From: an uncultured Desulfosoma sp.
Lineage (GTDB): Bacteria; Desulfobacterota; Syntrophobacteria; Syntrophobacterales; DSM-9756
Assembly: GCA_937960435.1 (NCBI GenBank)
Contig: CALGPN010000003.1
Location: 128,117-192,116, forward strand
Direction: 5' to 3'
Length of the DNA stretch: 64,000 nt
The notes below the pieces were generated by a model. The model was not told the origin of the DNA and did no database searches. It was given only the letters and a program-made list of their open reading frames with translations. Position numbers and translations under genes: made by a program. Of this stretch, positions 18,882-29,060 are shown in pieces (the stretch's first letter is position 1; the number at the start of each line of letters is the position of its first letter).

Positions 18882-19078
18882 GAAAGGCAGGGAACAAGGG
18901 GGCGGGGTGTGATGAAACATGACAGGCCGCAACGGCCTTGGCCGCCGCCTTGAAAAACGCCTCTGGAACCCTCCGACCGCTGTGGGCGTGGGGGTATGGC
19001 ATGAGGCACAAAAGTGTTCAAGAAGGAATGGCAAAGTGCCGAATACTCCATTGAGCGGCGTAAGAAGGGGCGCGGTAC

Positions 19079-19105
19079 TGAAGATTTCGAAAAGAAAGCC
19101 GATAG
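19079..19105 (+). promoter_or_regulatory. Sigma-28 (FliA)-type promoter
   Basis: TGAAGATT-N11-GCCGATAG versus consensus TAAAGTTT-N11-GCCGATAA: 13/16 matches with exact spacing, intergenic, about 60 nt upstream of the PilZ gene. Confidence 0.7.
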
Positions 19106-19168
19106 GGCCCCGCCTTTTTAGGAAGCCCAGGATGAGGCGGGCGCTTCACGGCCATGGAGGAAAGGTCG

Positions 19169-19588
19169 ATGTCGGTCAAGGAAACTCTTTTGGAAAACTT
19201 GAAGGATCTGGAAGAGACTCTGGAGCTGACCAGTGTTTTAGGAAGCGAAACCGTGGTGCGAAAAACATTCCGGGTGCCTGTCAACGAACAGACACCCGTG
19301 GATTTGACCATTTCCGGCGTGACCTACCGGGTGGTCAACATCAGCGAGGGCGGCCTGGGATTTATGGCCGACGTCGGCGACCTCGCCCAGGTCGGCGAGC
19401 GGATCCCCTCCATGCACCTCAGTTTTAACGGAAGAGACATCCCGGCTGAAAGCACGGTTCGCCATGTGACGGCGCTGGAAGACGGCGGGTTCTTGTACGG
19501 TGTTTCGCTCGATATGGAAGAAGAAGACCGTGCCTTTATGGTGGATTTTGTGCAAAAGGCCCGGGAGCGTTTTTTCTCACAGGGGTGA
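19169..19588 (+). CDS. Single PilZ-domain protein (c-di-GMP receptor)
   Basis: RKTFR (RxxxR) and NISEGG (D/NxSxxG) motifs; GGAGG SD 8 nt before ATG 19169. Confidence 0.85.
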   Translation: MSVKETLLENLKDLEETLELTSVLGSETVVRKTFRVPVNEQTPVDLTISGVTYRVVNISEGGLGFMADVGDLAQVGERIPSMHLSFNGRDIPAESTVRHVTALEDGGFLYGVSLDMEEEDRAFMVDFVQKARERFFSQG

Positions 19589-19731
19589 ACCTTTAGACGG
19601 TGAAAATCCTGAGGGCTCCATCCCACAAAGCGGTTCAAGGATGCGTGCACATGGGGAATTTGTTCTGGGGTTTCGAGAATCTGGGGGGCATAGGAGGATT
19701 TCCGGTGGCGCCGTCTCGTCAGGAGGAACCG

Positions 19732-20169
19732 ATGGATATCATGGGGGCCTTGCTCAAGGGGGAAGCGCCCAAAATCACGACGGAAGAAAACGACATCATT
19801 GAGCGACTGGCCTTTTATTTGAGGCGCTTGGAACACCGAAATGCCCCCGACGCGGCCAAAGACCCGCAGGTGTTCCCCGTCCGGCCCAAGGACGCGCGTC
19901 CGAAGAAAAAGGTCACCTACTACCTGACAAAACTCATCATCCAACAATTGGAAAAAGCGCAACAAAAGCTTGCGGAGGCCGAATCCGAGGGAATCAAGCT
20001 GAAGATTTCCAAGTCCGTCATCGTGGAAACGGCTCTGCGTGCGGCGCTCCAGGAGCTGGAAGCCAAGGGGCCCAGGAGCCGATTGCATCGGATACTTCGG
20101 GACGTGTGCCGAAGAACGAAAGAAGCACAACCCACGGCAATGACCAAACCGGGAGAAGACGTCACATGA
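19732..20169 (+). CDS. Hypothetical protein with C-terminal ribbon-helix-helix-like segment
   Basis: KKKVTYYL strand followed by two helices ending SKSVIVETALRAALQEL; AGGAGG SD before ATG 19732 (GTG 19705 is an alternative); stop overlaps the ParA start. Confidence 0.6.
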   Translation: MDIMGALLKGEAPKITTEENDIIERLAFYLRRLEHRNAPDAAKDPQVFPVRPKDARPKKKVTYYLTKLIIQQLEKAQQKLAEAESEGIKLKISKSVIVETALRAALQELEAKGPRSRLHRILRDVCRRTKEAQPTAMTKPGEDVT

Positions 20170-21110
20170 TCATCGTGTGCCCGAGCTGCAAAAGGCAGCA
20201 TAAAGTGGATGAATCGCGCCTTTCGGACAAGGTCAAGGCGGCGAAGTGCGTGTTTTGCGGTCATAAGTTTCCCATCCCCAAACCGGGGGATGTCGAAACG
20301 GAACCGCCCGCCGTTGCCGAAGCTCTCCCCGCTGCAGAAGCTACGGCTTCGTCCATGCGGCGCATCGCCGTCTCCCTCAGTAAAGGAGGGGTGGGGAAGA
20401 CGACGACGGCGGTCAACTTGGCCGCCGGATTGGCCCTGGCCGGCTTCAACGTGCTCTTGGTGGACACCGACACGCAAGGGCAGGCGTCCTACATGCTGGG
20501 GGTGAAGCCCAAGGCGGGGTTGACGGAACTGATGACCGGAGAGCTTATCCCCCAGGAATGTCTGGTGAAAGCCAGGGAACGACTGTGGCTCCTGGCGGGT
20601 GGGCGGGCCTTGGCCGGGGTGAAGCGCCTGATCGCGCGCAAGGATTTCCGGGGCGAAATGACCTTAAGTGAGGCGCTCACGCCTTTCGAGGGGCAGTTCG
20701 ATTACGTCGTCGTCGACACTTCGCCGGGGTGGGATGTCTTGACCATCAACGTCTTGTTTTACGTCAGGGAGGTGCTTATCCCCGTGAGTCTTGAAGTGAT
20801 GACCATCCAAGGACTTTTGGAATTCAGCCGAAGTTTGGCATCCGTCCAGAACTACCACAGGGATCTGACTTTGAAATACGTGGTGCCCACGTTCTTGGAT
20901 AAACGGGTCAAGCAATCCGAAGAAATCTTGCAGCAGTTGACATCCTATTACAACAGCCGGATGTGCCCGCCGATTCGCTACAACGTGAGGCTTTCTGAAG
21001 CCCCGGGTTACGGCAAAACCATTTACGAGTATGCCCCGGGGTCTCCGGGAGCAAAAGATTATCGGGATCTTGTCCGGCGTGTGGCCGGAAACGACGAGCT
21101 GCTGAGCTGA
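20166..21110 (+). CDS. ParA/Soj-family ATPase with N-terminal MJ0042-type zinc ribbon
   Basis: MIIVCPSC-x20-CVFCGHKF finger, linker, then SKGGVGKTT, LVDTDTQG, VVVDTSP, IRYNVRLSEAPGYGKTIYEYAP. Confidence 0.88.
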   Translation: MIIVCPSCKRQHKVDESRLSDKVKAAKCVFCGHKFPIPKPGDVETEPPAVAEALPAAEATASSMRRIAVSLSKGGVGKTTTAVNLAAGLALAGFNVLLVDTDTQGQASYMLGVKPKAGLTELMTGELIPQECLVKARERLWLLAGGRALAGVKRLIARKDFRGEMTLSEALTPFEGQFDYVVVDTSPGWDVLTINVLFYVREVLIPVSLEVMTIQGLLEFSRSLASVQNYHRDLTLKYVVPTFLDKRVKQSEEILQQLTSYYNSRMCPPIRYNVRLSEAPGYGKTIYEYAPGSPGAKDYRDLVRRVAGNDELLS

Positions 21111-21334
21111 ACACTTCCTCGGGGGATTCCGTCCCCCGCACCGTGGACCCGTCGCACCGACCGGTTCCTGCCGCCCCCAGGGGGCGCGTCTCACGGCCCA
21201 CGACCTTCGGGAAGGCTTTTGCGGCACACTGACAAGTCCGCCCAAGCAGTACCGACCGCCGATTCCCGTCTGAGCAGATTTTCGCCGCCTTTGCGAACCT
21301 CTTGCATATCAAGGCATATTTCCCGTGTCTTCCG

Positions 21335-21363
21335 TTGCGCGCGAAAAGCGCCTGTGCTACAAG
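21335..21363 (+). promoter_or_regulatory. Sigma-70-type promoter for leuS-lptE-holA
   Basis: TTGCGC, 17-nt spacer ending in TGC (extended -10), TACAAG. Confidence 0.45.
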
Positions 21364-21433
21364 GCAAGCGCTTTTGTCTTATGGCCTATGATCCCGGCTT
21401 GTGCCGGAAAGACACGGAGTGAGGACATCGGTG

Positions 21434-23923
21434 ATGGAAGCTCGATACAATCCGAAGAGTATTGAAAAAAAATGGCAAGATTACTGGGAACGGGAACAGC
21501 TTTTCAAGGCCTCGGAAGATCCCAAGAAGAAGAAGTTCTACCTCCTGGAGATGTTTCCTTACCCATCGGGCCGCATTCATATGGGCCATGTGCGCAACTA
21601 TTCCATCGGGGACGTGGTGGCCAGGTTCTTGTCCATGCGCGGCTACAACGTGCTCCATCCCATGGGGTGGGACGCTTTCGGCATGCCGGCGGAAAATGCG
21701 GCCATTAAGGCCAAGACGCACCCGGCCAAATGGACCTACGACAATATCGACTACATGCGCAGTCAGCTCAAGCAGCTGGGTTTTTCATACGACTGGTCCA
21801 GAGAATTCGCCACGTGCGATCCGTCCTATTATCGGTGGGAACAGCTCTTCTTTATCAAAATGTTTGAACGGGGGTTGGCGTACAAGAAGAAATCCTACGT
21901 CAACTGGTGCAATACGTGTCAGACGGTCCTGGCCAACGAGCAAGTCGAAGACGGCGCGTGCTGGCGCTGCGATCAACCCGTGATCCAAAAGGAAATGGAA
22001 CAGTGGTTTTTCAAGATCACGGACTATGTGGAAGAGCTTCTGGACTATTTGGACAAACTCCCCGGCTGGCCGGAGCGTGTCCTCACCATGCAGCGCAACT
22101 GGATCGGGAAAAGCTACGGCAGCACCATTCGGTTTCATCTGGCCGCAGGGCCCGGGTTTATCGAAGTGTTTACCACTCGGGCTGATACACTCTTTGGGGC
22201 GACATTCATGAGCTTGGCACCGGAACACCCCATGGTCGCCGCGCTGTGCCGGGGCTCCGAAAACGAAGAGGCGGTTTTGGCCTTCGTGGAAAGGGCCAAG
22301 CAAGCTAAACGCGGGGAGCGGGTCGCGGGGCAGTTGGAAAAAGAGGGCATTTTTACTGGGTCTTACTGCATCAATCCCATGACCGGAGAACGGATGCCCA
22401 TCTTTGTGGCCAATTTCGTGGTCATGGAATACGGCACCGGCGCCGTGATGGCGGTTCCGGCCCACGATCAGCGGGATTTCGAGTTCGCCCGAAAATACGG
22501 CCTGCCCTTGAGGGTGGTCATCAAAGAAAACGAAGCCGCCGTGGCCAAAAGCGCCGATGAACTGACGCACGCCTTTGAAGAAGACGGCGTTCTGGTCAAC
22601 TCCGGCCCTTACAGCGGCATGAGCTCGGCCCAGGCTCGGGAGGCCATCACGCGGGATCTGGAGGCCAAAGGGCAGGGGAGCCTGACGGTCCAATACCGGC
22701 TTCGAGACTGGGGCATTTCCCGTCAGCGTTACTGGGGCGCCCCCATTCCCATCGTCTATTGCGATCAATGCGGCACCGTGCCGGTAGACGAAAAGGACCT
22801 TCCGGTCCTTTTGCCTCTAGACCTGGAGATGCCCGAAAACGGGGCTTCGCCTCTGCCGTTCAGTGAAACATTCGTCAACACCCGATGCCCTCGCTGCGGC
22901 GGTCCGGGGCGCCGGGAGACGGACACCATGGACACTTTCGTGGAATCGTCCTGGTATTTCGCCCGATTCGCCTGTGCCGACTACACCCAGGGCCCGTTGG
23001 ACGGCCCCCGTGTCCATTACTGGATGCCCGTGGACCAATACATCGGCGGGATCGAGCACGCCGTGCTTCACCTGCTCTATTCCAGGTTTTTCACCAAAGT
23101 GCTGCGAGACATGGGCTATTTGCAGGTGGACGAACCCTTCACCAACCTGCTCACCCAGGGCATGGTGATCAAAGACGGCGCCAAGATGAGCAAGTCCAAG
23201 GGGAACGTGGTGGATCCCGACGACATGATCCGCGCTTATGGGGCGGATACGGTGCGGCTGTTCTGCCTTTTTGCGGCGCCGCCGGAAAAGGAGCTGGAGT
23301 GGAGCGACCAGGGCGTGGAGGGGGCCTATCGCTTTCTCGGGCGTGTGTGGCGCCTTGTGGCCGAAAACCTCGAGGCTCTGAAAGGCGTGAGCCCTTACGA
23401 CGGTTCGGTGCCGTTGCCCCAAGAGCTTCGGGGCTTGCATCGAAAAACCCATCAGACCATCAAAAAGGTTACCGAAGACATTGAGCAACGATTCCATTTC
23501 AACACGGCCATTGCCGCCGTCATGGAGCTGGTGAACGAAATTTACGCCGTTATCGACAAGGCCAAAGAAGAACCTCTGTGCTGGCCGGTGGTTCGGGAGG
23601 CCGCGGAGGCGTTGATCCTGATGCTGTCGCCCATGGCGCCGCACATTGCCGAAGAGCTGTGGGTCGAGCTGGGGATGGCTCCCAGTGTGGCCAAAAGGCC
23701 TTGGCCCACATACCGGGAAGAGGCCCTGGCGGCGGAAACGGTTCTCGTGGTCGTGCAGGTGAACGGAAAATTGCGCAGTCGACTCGTTGTCCCGGTGGAC
23801 ATCGCGGAGGAGCGCCTGAAGGAGCTCGCCTTGGCGGATCCCAAGATCCAGAGTTTTGTGGCCGGAAAGCCGGTGCGAAAAGTGATCGTCGTGCCCCAAA
23901 AACTGGTCAATGTCGTTCTTTAG
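21434..23923 (+). CDS. leuS: Leucyl-tRNA synthetase
   Basis: [13 protein letters not shown] (HIGH), [34 protein letters not shown] motifs. Confidence 0.98.
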   Translation: MEARYNPKSIEKKWQDYWEREQLFKASEDPKKKKFYLLEMFPYPSGRIHMGHVRNYSIGDVVARFLSMRGYNVLHPMGWDAFGMPAENAAIKAKTHPAKWTYDNIDYMRSQLKQLGFSYDWSREFATCDPSYYRWEQLFFIKMFERGLAYKKKSYVNWCNTCQTVLANEQVEDGACWRCDQPVIQKEMEQWFFKITDYVEELLDYLDKLPGWPERVLTMQRNWIGKSYGSTIRFHLAAGPGFIEVFTTRADTLFGATFMSLAPEHPMVAALCRGSENEEAVLAFVERAKQAKRGERVAGQLEKEGIFTGSYCINPMTGERMPIFVANFVVMEYGTGAVMAVPAHDQRDFEFARKYGLPLRVVIKENEAAVAKSADELTHAFEEDGVLVNSGPYSGMSSAQAREAITRDLEAKGQGSLTVQYRLRDWGISRQRYWGAPIPIVYCDQCGTVPVDEKDLPVLLPLDLEMPENGASPLPFSETFVNTRCPRCGGPGRRETDTMDTFVESSWYFARFACADYTQGPLDGPRVHYWMPVDQYIGGIEHAVLHLLYSRFFTKVLRDMGYLQVDEPFTNLLTQGMVIKDGAKMSKSKGNVVDPDDMIRAYGADTVRLFCLFAAPPEKELEWSDQGVEGAYRFLGRVWRLVAENLEALKGVSPYDGSVPLPQELRGLHRKTHQTIKKVTEDIEQRFHFNTAIAAVMELVNEIYAVIDKAKEEPLCWPVVREAAEALILMLSPMAPHIAEELWVELGMAPSVAKRPWPTYREEALAAETVLVVVQVNGKLRSRLVVPVDIAEERLKELALADPKIQSFVAGKPVRKVIVVPQKLVNVVL

Positions 23924-23950
23924 AAACCCAAGCGCAAAGAGGAGGAACTC

Positions 23951-24469
23951 ATGGGCCGAAGCCGATGGGGCGTTCTTGCACTGAGCCTCCTCTTGTGCTG
24001 CAGTTCCTGCGGCTATCGGTTCTCCGCCGACGGCACCGACTTGGACCCAAGCCTTCGCACTGTGTCTGTTCCTGTCTTTGAAAACCTGACGGCGGAGCCC
24101 GGCATCGAAGCGATCTTTACGGGGGCTTTGCGCCAGGAGTTCCTCACCAAAAGCCGGCTGCGGCTGGTTTCGGAGTCTGAGGCGGATGCCGTTTTTATCG
24201 GTCAGATTCGACGCCTTTCCACCACCGATGTGGCGCATCGCAAAGCTCAGGACACCGTCCTCACGCGGCTGACGGTCACTTTGGATGTACGCTGCGTCGA
24301 TCGAAAAACGGGCACGATCCTGTGGCAGGATCGGGCGCTGACCTATTTCGAAGACTACCTGCAAAACATGGACGCTATGGTCGCCTTCCAGAATCGGCAG
24401 GAGGCCCTAAAGAGGGCGGCGAAGGAGATGGCCGCTCGCATCTTCGACAGGTTCATGAGTCGGTTTTGA
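23951..24469 (+). CDS. lptE: LPS assembly lipoprotein LptE family
   Basis: Lipobox (CSSCGY), GYRF, VPVFENLT; conserved leuS-lptE-holA order. Confidence 0.85.
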   Translation: MGRSRWGVLALSLLLCCSSCGYRFSADGTDLDPSLRTVSVPVFENLTAEPGIEAIFTGALRQEFLTKSRLRLVSESEADAVFIGQIRRLSTTDVAHRKAQDTVLTRLTVTLDVRCVDRKTGTILWQDRALTYFEDYLQNMDAMVAFQNRQEALKRAAKEMAARIFDRFMSRF

Positions 24470-24475
24470 CGGGCC

Positions 24476-25522
24476 ATGGACAGCCGTGCTTTTTTGAGAC
24501 AGTTGGGCGAGTCCCCCCTGAAAAACGTCTATCTTTTCCGAGGCGATGAGGCCGCTTTGATGGACAAAGCCTGGGAGGCTCTGCTCCACACCGTCGCGTG
24601 CCGGGAAGGACGGCCCGTCAAAGGCGAACACATGGACGCCAAGGACGTCACGGCCTCCGAGGTGATCGGCAGAGTCCGCACAATTCCCATGTTCGCCCCG
24701 AAACGGGTGCTCCGGGTTCGCAATGTGGACCAGTGGTCGAAGGAGCAGCGCGAGCTTCTAGAGGCTTATGCGGCCGATCCCAGCCCGCGCGCTCATGTGG
24801 TCCTCACGGTGGGGAGCAAGAAAAGCTGGAAGGCGCTGGAAAAGGCCGTGGAAGGTCGTGGCCTTCTTGTGGATTTTGCGCCGATCCAAGAGCGGCACCT
24901 GCCCGGGTGGGTCCAGGAGAAAGCGCGGGCGTACGGCAAGTCCATGACGCCGGCTGTGGCAGCCCAGATTGTGGATGCCGTGGGGGCGGATCTCCACGCC
25001 TTGGAAAAGGAAATCGAAAAGCTCTGTCTCTACGTCGGGGAGGCCCCGCGCATCACGGCGGAGGATGTGGACGCCGCGTGCAGCCGGGTTCGATCCGAAC
25101 ACATTTTCACCCTTATGGAGTATGTCGCGCAGGGGCGCCCGGAAGCCGCCTTCGAAGCCCTTCGGCAGGTGTTGCTCAAAGGCGATTCGCCGCTGGCTTT
25201 GCTGGCGCTTCTGGCCCGTCACGTGCGCCTCATGTGGCAGATCAAGGACGGTTTGTCCAAGGGACACAACCCGGCGGCCATCGGTCAGTTGCTGCACCTT
25301 CCCGCCTATGTTGTGGAAAAGACCGCGCGGTACGCCCAACGTTTTTCCGAAGAGGCTTTGGCGCGGCTTCATGCAACGCTGACGGCCGTGGACGTGTCCC
25401 TCAAGACCACCGCCTTGAGCCCGGATCGGGCTTTGGAAGCGATCATTTACCGTATGTGCGCTTTAGGGGCACAAAAAGAGGCGGACCTGGAAGGCCCGCC
25501 TCGCACGATCCGGGGGAGCTGA
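24476..25522 (+). CDS. holA: DNA polymerase III delta subunit
   Basis: VYLFRGDE, PMFAPKRV, LEKEIEKL, IFTLMEYV; leuS-lptE-holA-rpsT synteny. Confidence 0.9.
   Translation: MDSRAFLRQLGESPLKNVYLFRGDEAALMDKAWEALLHTVACREGRPVKGEHMDAKDVTASEVIGRVRTIPMFAPKRVLRVRNVDQWSKEQRELLEAYAADPSPRAHVVLTVGSKKSWKALEKAVEGRGLLVDFAPIQERHLPGWVQEKARAYGKSMTPAVAAQIVDAVGADLHALEKEIEKLCLYVGEAPRITAEDVDAACSRVRSEHIFTLMEYVAQGRPEAAFEALRQVLLKGDSPLALLALLARHVRLMWQIKDGLSKGHNPAAIGQLLHLPAYVVEKTARYAQRFSEEALARLHATLTAVDVSLKTTALSPDRALEAIIYRMCALGAQKEADLEGPPRTIRGS
25473..25502 (-). terminator. Intrinsic terminator for rpsT, lying antisense inside the holA 3' end
   Basis: Minus strand GAGGCGGGCCT-TCC-AGGTCCGCCTC (11-bp stem, one G-U) followed by TTTTT, about 75 nt after the rpsT stop. 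Confidence 0.7.
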
Positions 25523-25577
25523 GCGGCAGGAGGAACAAACCGGCGCCGCAGCAAAACCGATGACGGGAAAACCTCAA

Positions 25578-25856
25578 TCAGGCGCTCTGCGCCGCCCTGA
25601 GCCCGTTGACTTTTTTGGTCAGCCTGGAAATTTTTCGCGAGGCCGTATTACGATGGATGGTGCCCTTGGAAGCGGTTTTCGCAATGATCGAGGTGGCTTC
25701 CCGAAGGCGCTCCACAGCTTGGTCCACGGCGTTTTCGCGAATGGCTTCTTCCAATTTTCGAATGGCAGTCTTCATGCGGCTCTTGCGTGCGCGGTTGCGC
25801 ATGCGGCGCGCCTCACTTTGCTTGGCTCTCTTGATTGCGGACTTGTGATTGGCCAA
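25578..25856 (-). CDS. rpsT: 30S ribosomal protein S20
   Basis: MANHKSAIKRAKQSEARRMRN ... KGTIHRNTASRKISRL. Confidence 0.98.
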   Translation of the reverse strand: MANHKSAIKRAKQSEARRMRNRARKSRMKTAIRKLEEAIRENAVDQAVERLREATSIIAKTASKGTIHRNTASRKISRLTKKVNGLRAAQSA

Positions 25857-25929
25857 AACCTCTTCCTCCTTCAGTGTCTCACCGTCATCATACTCGGAAT
25901 CGGCCTTCGCTCCGTTTTAGGGAGCTTGT

Positions 25930-25958
25930 CTTTTACCCGCCGGTCGGCCCTCTGTCAA
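25930..25958 (-). promoter_or_regulatory. Sigma-70-type promoter for rpsT
   Basis: Minus strand TTGACA, 17-nt spacer, TAAAAG. Confidence 0.55.
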
Positions 25959-25996
25959 GAAACTTTCCGTATCCCGTCTCGGTTCCGGCACGCCGG

Positions 25997-26467
25997 CTAA
26001 GAGCGGACTTCCACGATCTCCAGTTGGCGGATGCCTTTGGGGGTGCGGACCGAAACCGTATCGCCTTCTTCTTTGCCGATCAGGGCCTTGCCCAAAGGCG
26101 ACGTCACCGAGAGCGTCCCCGATTGAATATCCGCTTCGTAAGGCCCCACAAGCCTATAGGTGTGTTCTTCGCCGCTGTCCAAGTCTTCCAACACGACGGT
26201 GAGACCAAACATGGCCTTCCCGCCGTTGGACCCGTTTGTTTCCACGATTTCGCAGTGACCGAGCTTTTCCTGAATGTCGGCGATCCGGCCTTCGATAAGG
26301 GCCTGTTTTTCCTTGGCGGCTTCATATTCGGCGTTTTCTGAAAGATCGCCGTGCCCGCGGGCTTCCTCAATGGCCTTGATCACTTTCGGGCGCTCTTCTT
26401 TCTGCAGCCGCTGCAGTTCTTGGCGAAGTCTTTCGTAACCTTCCCTAGTGATTGGGACCCTTTCCAT
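25997..26467 (-). CDS. greA: Transcription elongation factor GreA
   Basis: ITREGY, ARGHGDLSENAEY, SVTSPLGKALIG motifs. Confidence 0.97.
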   Translation of the reverse strand: MERVPITREGYERLRQELQRLQKEERPKVIKAIEEARGHGDLSENAEYEAAKEKQALIEGRIADIQEKLGHCEIVETNGSNGGKAMFGLTVVLEDLDSGEEHTYRLVGPYEADIQSGTLSVTSPLGKALIGKEEGDTVSVRTPKGIRQLEIVEVRS

Positions 26468-26775
26468 GTTCTGCCTCCAGATCCGTTGAAGTCACCGTCA
26501 AAACCGTGCGCAGACGGCACTGCCGCCCCGAAATCTTTCCGTTTCATCGGGCCGAAAGATTCGACGGGCGATCTCGGTACGCGTCCCAAAGGCCGGAATG
26601 GCAGGAACAGAGCGCGGCTTTGAGGTGCCGATTCATTTATCGGGATTGTCCCGGGGTGTCAAGAACCCTGTGAGCCTTTCAGGCATTCGAATTTTTTTCT
26701 CTTTCACCTCCAAAACATGGTAGTGATGCAGAGATTTCCGGTTGGGGACTAGAAACATGCATCGAGGACGCAGTC

Positions 26776-27708
26776 ATGGCCTTTTCGAGGAAAGACCTTC
26801 TGGGGATGCGGGATTTGGAGGTCCATGAAATCGAAACCATCCTGGATACCGCTGAATCCCTGAAAGAGATCAATACGCGATCCATCAAGAAAGTCCCCAC
26901 GCTCCGGGGCAAGACCGTGGTGCATCTCTTTTATGAACCCAGCACACGGACGCGCACTTCTTTCGATATCGCCGCCAAGAGGCTCAGCGCAGACACTTAT
27001 AGCATTGCCACCACCACCAGTTCCATGGTCAAGGGCGAGACGTTCTTGGATACGATCAAGAACCTAGAGGCCATGCGCCCGGATGTGTTTATCATTCGGC
27101 ATTCGGCTTCGGGCACGCCGCATCGGGTCGCGCAGCGCACCCCAGCTTCGGTGATCAATGCCGGAGACGGGATGCATGAGCATCCGTCCCAAGCCCTCCT
27201 GGACATGCTGACCATCCGGGAACACAAAGGACGCCTGGAAGGGCTGACCGTGCTCATTGTGGGCGACATCGCCCACAGTCGGGTCGCTCGATCCAACATC
27301 TGGGGTTTGACCAAAATGGGGGCCCGCGTTGTCCTGTGCGGCCCGCCCACGTTGTTGCCCCCTTACGTAGAGCAACTTCCGGTGACGGTCTCGCTGCAGT
27401 TGGCCCCGGTGCTCCCTTCAGCGGATGTCATCATGGTCCTGCGCCTCCAAAGGGAACGGCAAGGGCAAGGGTTGTTGCCGTCCTTGCGGGAATATGCCGC
27501 CTATTATGGGATCGATCGCAAAAAACTGGCTCACGCCAAGCCCGATGTGTTGATCATGCATCCGGGGCCCATAAATCGCGGCGTAGAAATCAGCCCCGAT
27601 GTAGCCGACGGGCCGCATTCCGTCATTTTGGATCAGGTGACCAACGGGGTGGCCGTGCGCATGGCGCTTCTTTACCTTTTGGTCCAGCGTGACGAACCCA
27701 CAGGCTGA
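26776..27708 (+). CDS. pyrB: Aspartate carbamoyltransferase catalytic subunit
   Basis: [49 protein letters not shown]. Confidence 0.97.
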   Translation: MAFSRKDLLGMRDLEVHEIETILDTAESLKEINTRSIKKVPTLRGKTVVHLFYEPSTRTRTSFDIAAKRLSADTYSIATTTSSMVKGETFLDTIKNLEAMRPDVFIIRHSASGTPHRVAQRTPASVINAGDGMHEHPSQALLDMLTIREHKGRLEGLTVLIVGDIAHSRVARSNIWGLTKMGARVVLCGPPTLLPPYVEQLPVTVSLQLAPVLPSADVIMVLRLQRERQGQGLLPSLREYAAYYGIDRKKLAHAKPDVLIMHPGPINRGVEISPDVADGPHSVILDQVTNGVAVRMALLYLLVQRDEPTG

Positions 27709-27758
27709 AAATCCGCGCCGTTTTATCATGGTGCCGTGTGATGCCGAGGGAGGGAGCC

Positions 27759-29054
27759 GTGGAGATGATTCTTCGGGGCGGCCGCATCCTGGATCCGCAG
27801 CGGCGTGTGGACAGGATCGGCGATGTGGTGATCCGAGACGGCCACATCCATGCCATCGCCTGGGAGCCCGAAGGCGTTTCGCCGTCCGGGGAAGCCCGGG
27901 TGATCGATGTGTCGGGCAAATGGGTGGTCCCGGCCTGGGTGGACATGCATGTCCATCTGAGGGAACCCGGTGAGGAATACAAGGAGACGATCGCTACGGG
28001 GACGGCCGCCGCCGTGGCGGGAGGGTTCGGGGCCGTCGCCTGCATGCCGAACACGCACCCGGTGAACGATTGTGCGGCGGTGACGGAATTCATCCTGCGG
28101 CGGGCCCAGGAACTAGGGTCGTGCCGGGTCTATCCCGTGGCGGCCATCAGCAAGGGGCTCAAGGGCCAAGAGCTTTCGGAGTTCGGAGAGCTTCGCGAAG
28201 CGGGCGCCGTGGCCGTCTCCGACGACGGCCGCCCCGTCATGAATGCGGCGCTCATGCGACGGGCTCTGGAATACTCCAGAGCCTTTGACTTGGTGGTCAT
28301 CAGCCATGCCGAGGACGAGGCTTTGTCCAGAGGCGGTCACATGCACGAAGGGCTCGTCTCGACTCGGCTGGGCCTGCAAGGCATTCCAGCCGCCGCGGAA
28401 GCGGCCATGATCGCCCGAGACGTGCTTCTGGCGGAACTCACGGGAGGCCGACTTCACATCGCCCACGTGAGCACAGAGGCTTCGGTGTGGATTCTTCGAG
28501 AGGCGAAACGGCGCGGCATTGCCGTCAGCTGCGAGACGGCGCCCCACTATTTCACGTTGACCGATGAATGCGTTGAGGGTTTCGACACGGTTTTTAAGGT
28601 CAACCCGCCGTTGCGCACCCGTCGTGATGTGGAGGCCGTAAAAGAGGGCCTCGCGGACGGAACCATCGATGTCATCGCCACCGATCATGCACCGCACAGC
28701 GTCTTGGAAAAAGACACGGAGTTCCCGGATGCCGCCAACGGCGTCATCGGGCTCGAATCGGCCCTGCCCTTGGTCTTGAGCCTCATTCGCGAGGGCGTGG
28801 GGGACCCTTTGGACATTTTGGCCAAGGTGACCTGTAACCCGAGCAGGATCTTAGGGATTCCCATGGGGAGCCTCCAGCCGGGATTCCCGGCCCATGTGAC
28901 CGTCATCGACCCGGACGCGGACGTTGTGATCGATCCGGAGTTGTTTCTATCCAAAGCGCGGAATTGTCCGTTCCGTGGATGGTCTGTAAAGGGTCGTGTA
29001 GTGATGACTCTGGTCGATGGGCAGGTGCGCTATCCCTTCGATGAGGAGGCTTGA
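27759..29054 (+). CDS. pyrC: Dihydroorotase (multifunctional complex type)
   Basis: DMHVHLREPG, MPNTHP, HIAHVST, KVNPPLR, ATDHAPH; GTG start at 27759 after GGAGGGA. Confidence 0.95.
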   Translation: MEMILRGGRILDPQRRVDRIGDVVIRDGHIHAIAWEPEGVSPSGEARVIDVSGKWVVPAWVDMHVHLREPGEEYKETIATGTAAAVAGGFGAVACMPNTHPVNDCAAVTEFILRRAQELGSCRVYPVAAISKGLKGQELSEFGELREAGAVAVSDDGRPVMNAALMRRALEYSRAFDLVVISHAEDEALSRGGHMHEGLVSTRLGLQGIPAAAEAAMIARDVLLAELTGGRLHIAHVSTEASVWILREAKRRGIAVSCETAPHYFTLTDECVEGFDTVFKVNPPLRTRRDVEAVKEGLADGTIDVIATDHAPHSVLEKDTEFPDAANGVIGLESALPLVLSLIREGVGDPLDILAKVTCNPSRILGIPMGSLQPGFPAHVTVIDPDADVVIDPELFLSKARNCPFRGWSVKGRVVMTLVDGQVRYPFDEEA

Positions 29055-29060
29055 CGTTCC

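Noticed and set aside
18800-19168. Possible c-di-GMP riboswitch or sigma-54 promoter upstream of the PilZ gene
   Set aside because: GGCAAA is present but the GEMM stems and a TGGCAC-N5-TTGC spacing are not; the sigma-28 match explains the region better.
26468-26775. Possible PyrR attenuator upstream of pyrB
   Set aside because: No PyrR-binding consensus or terminator/antiterminator pair on the sense strand, and no pyrR gene adjacent.
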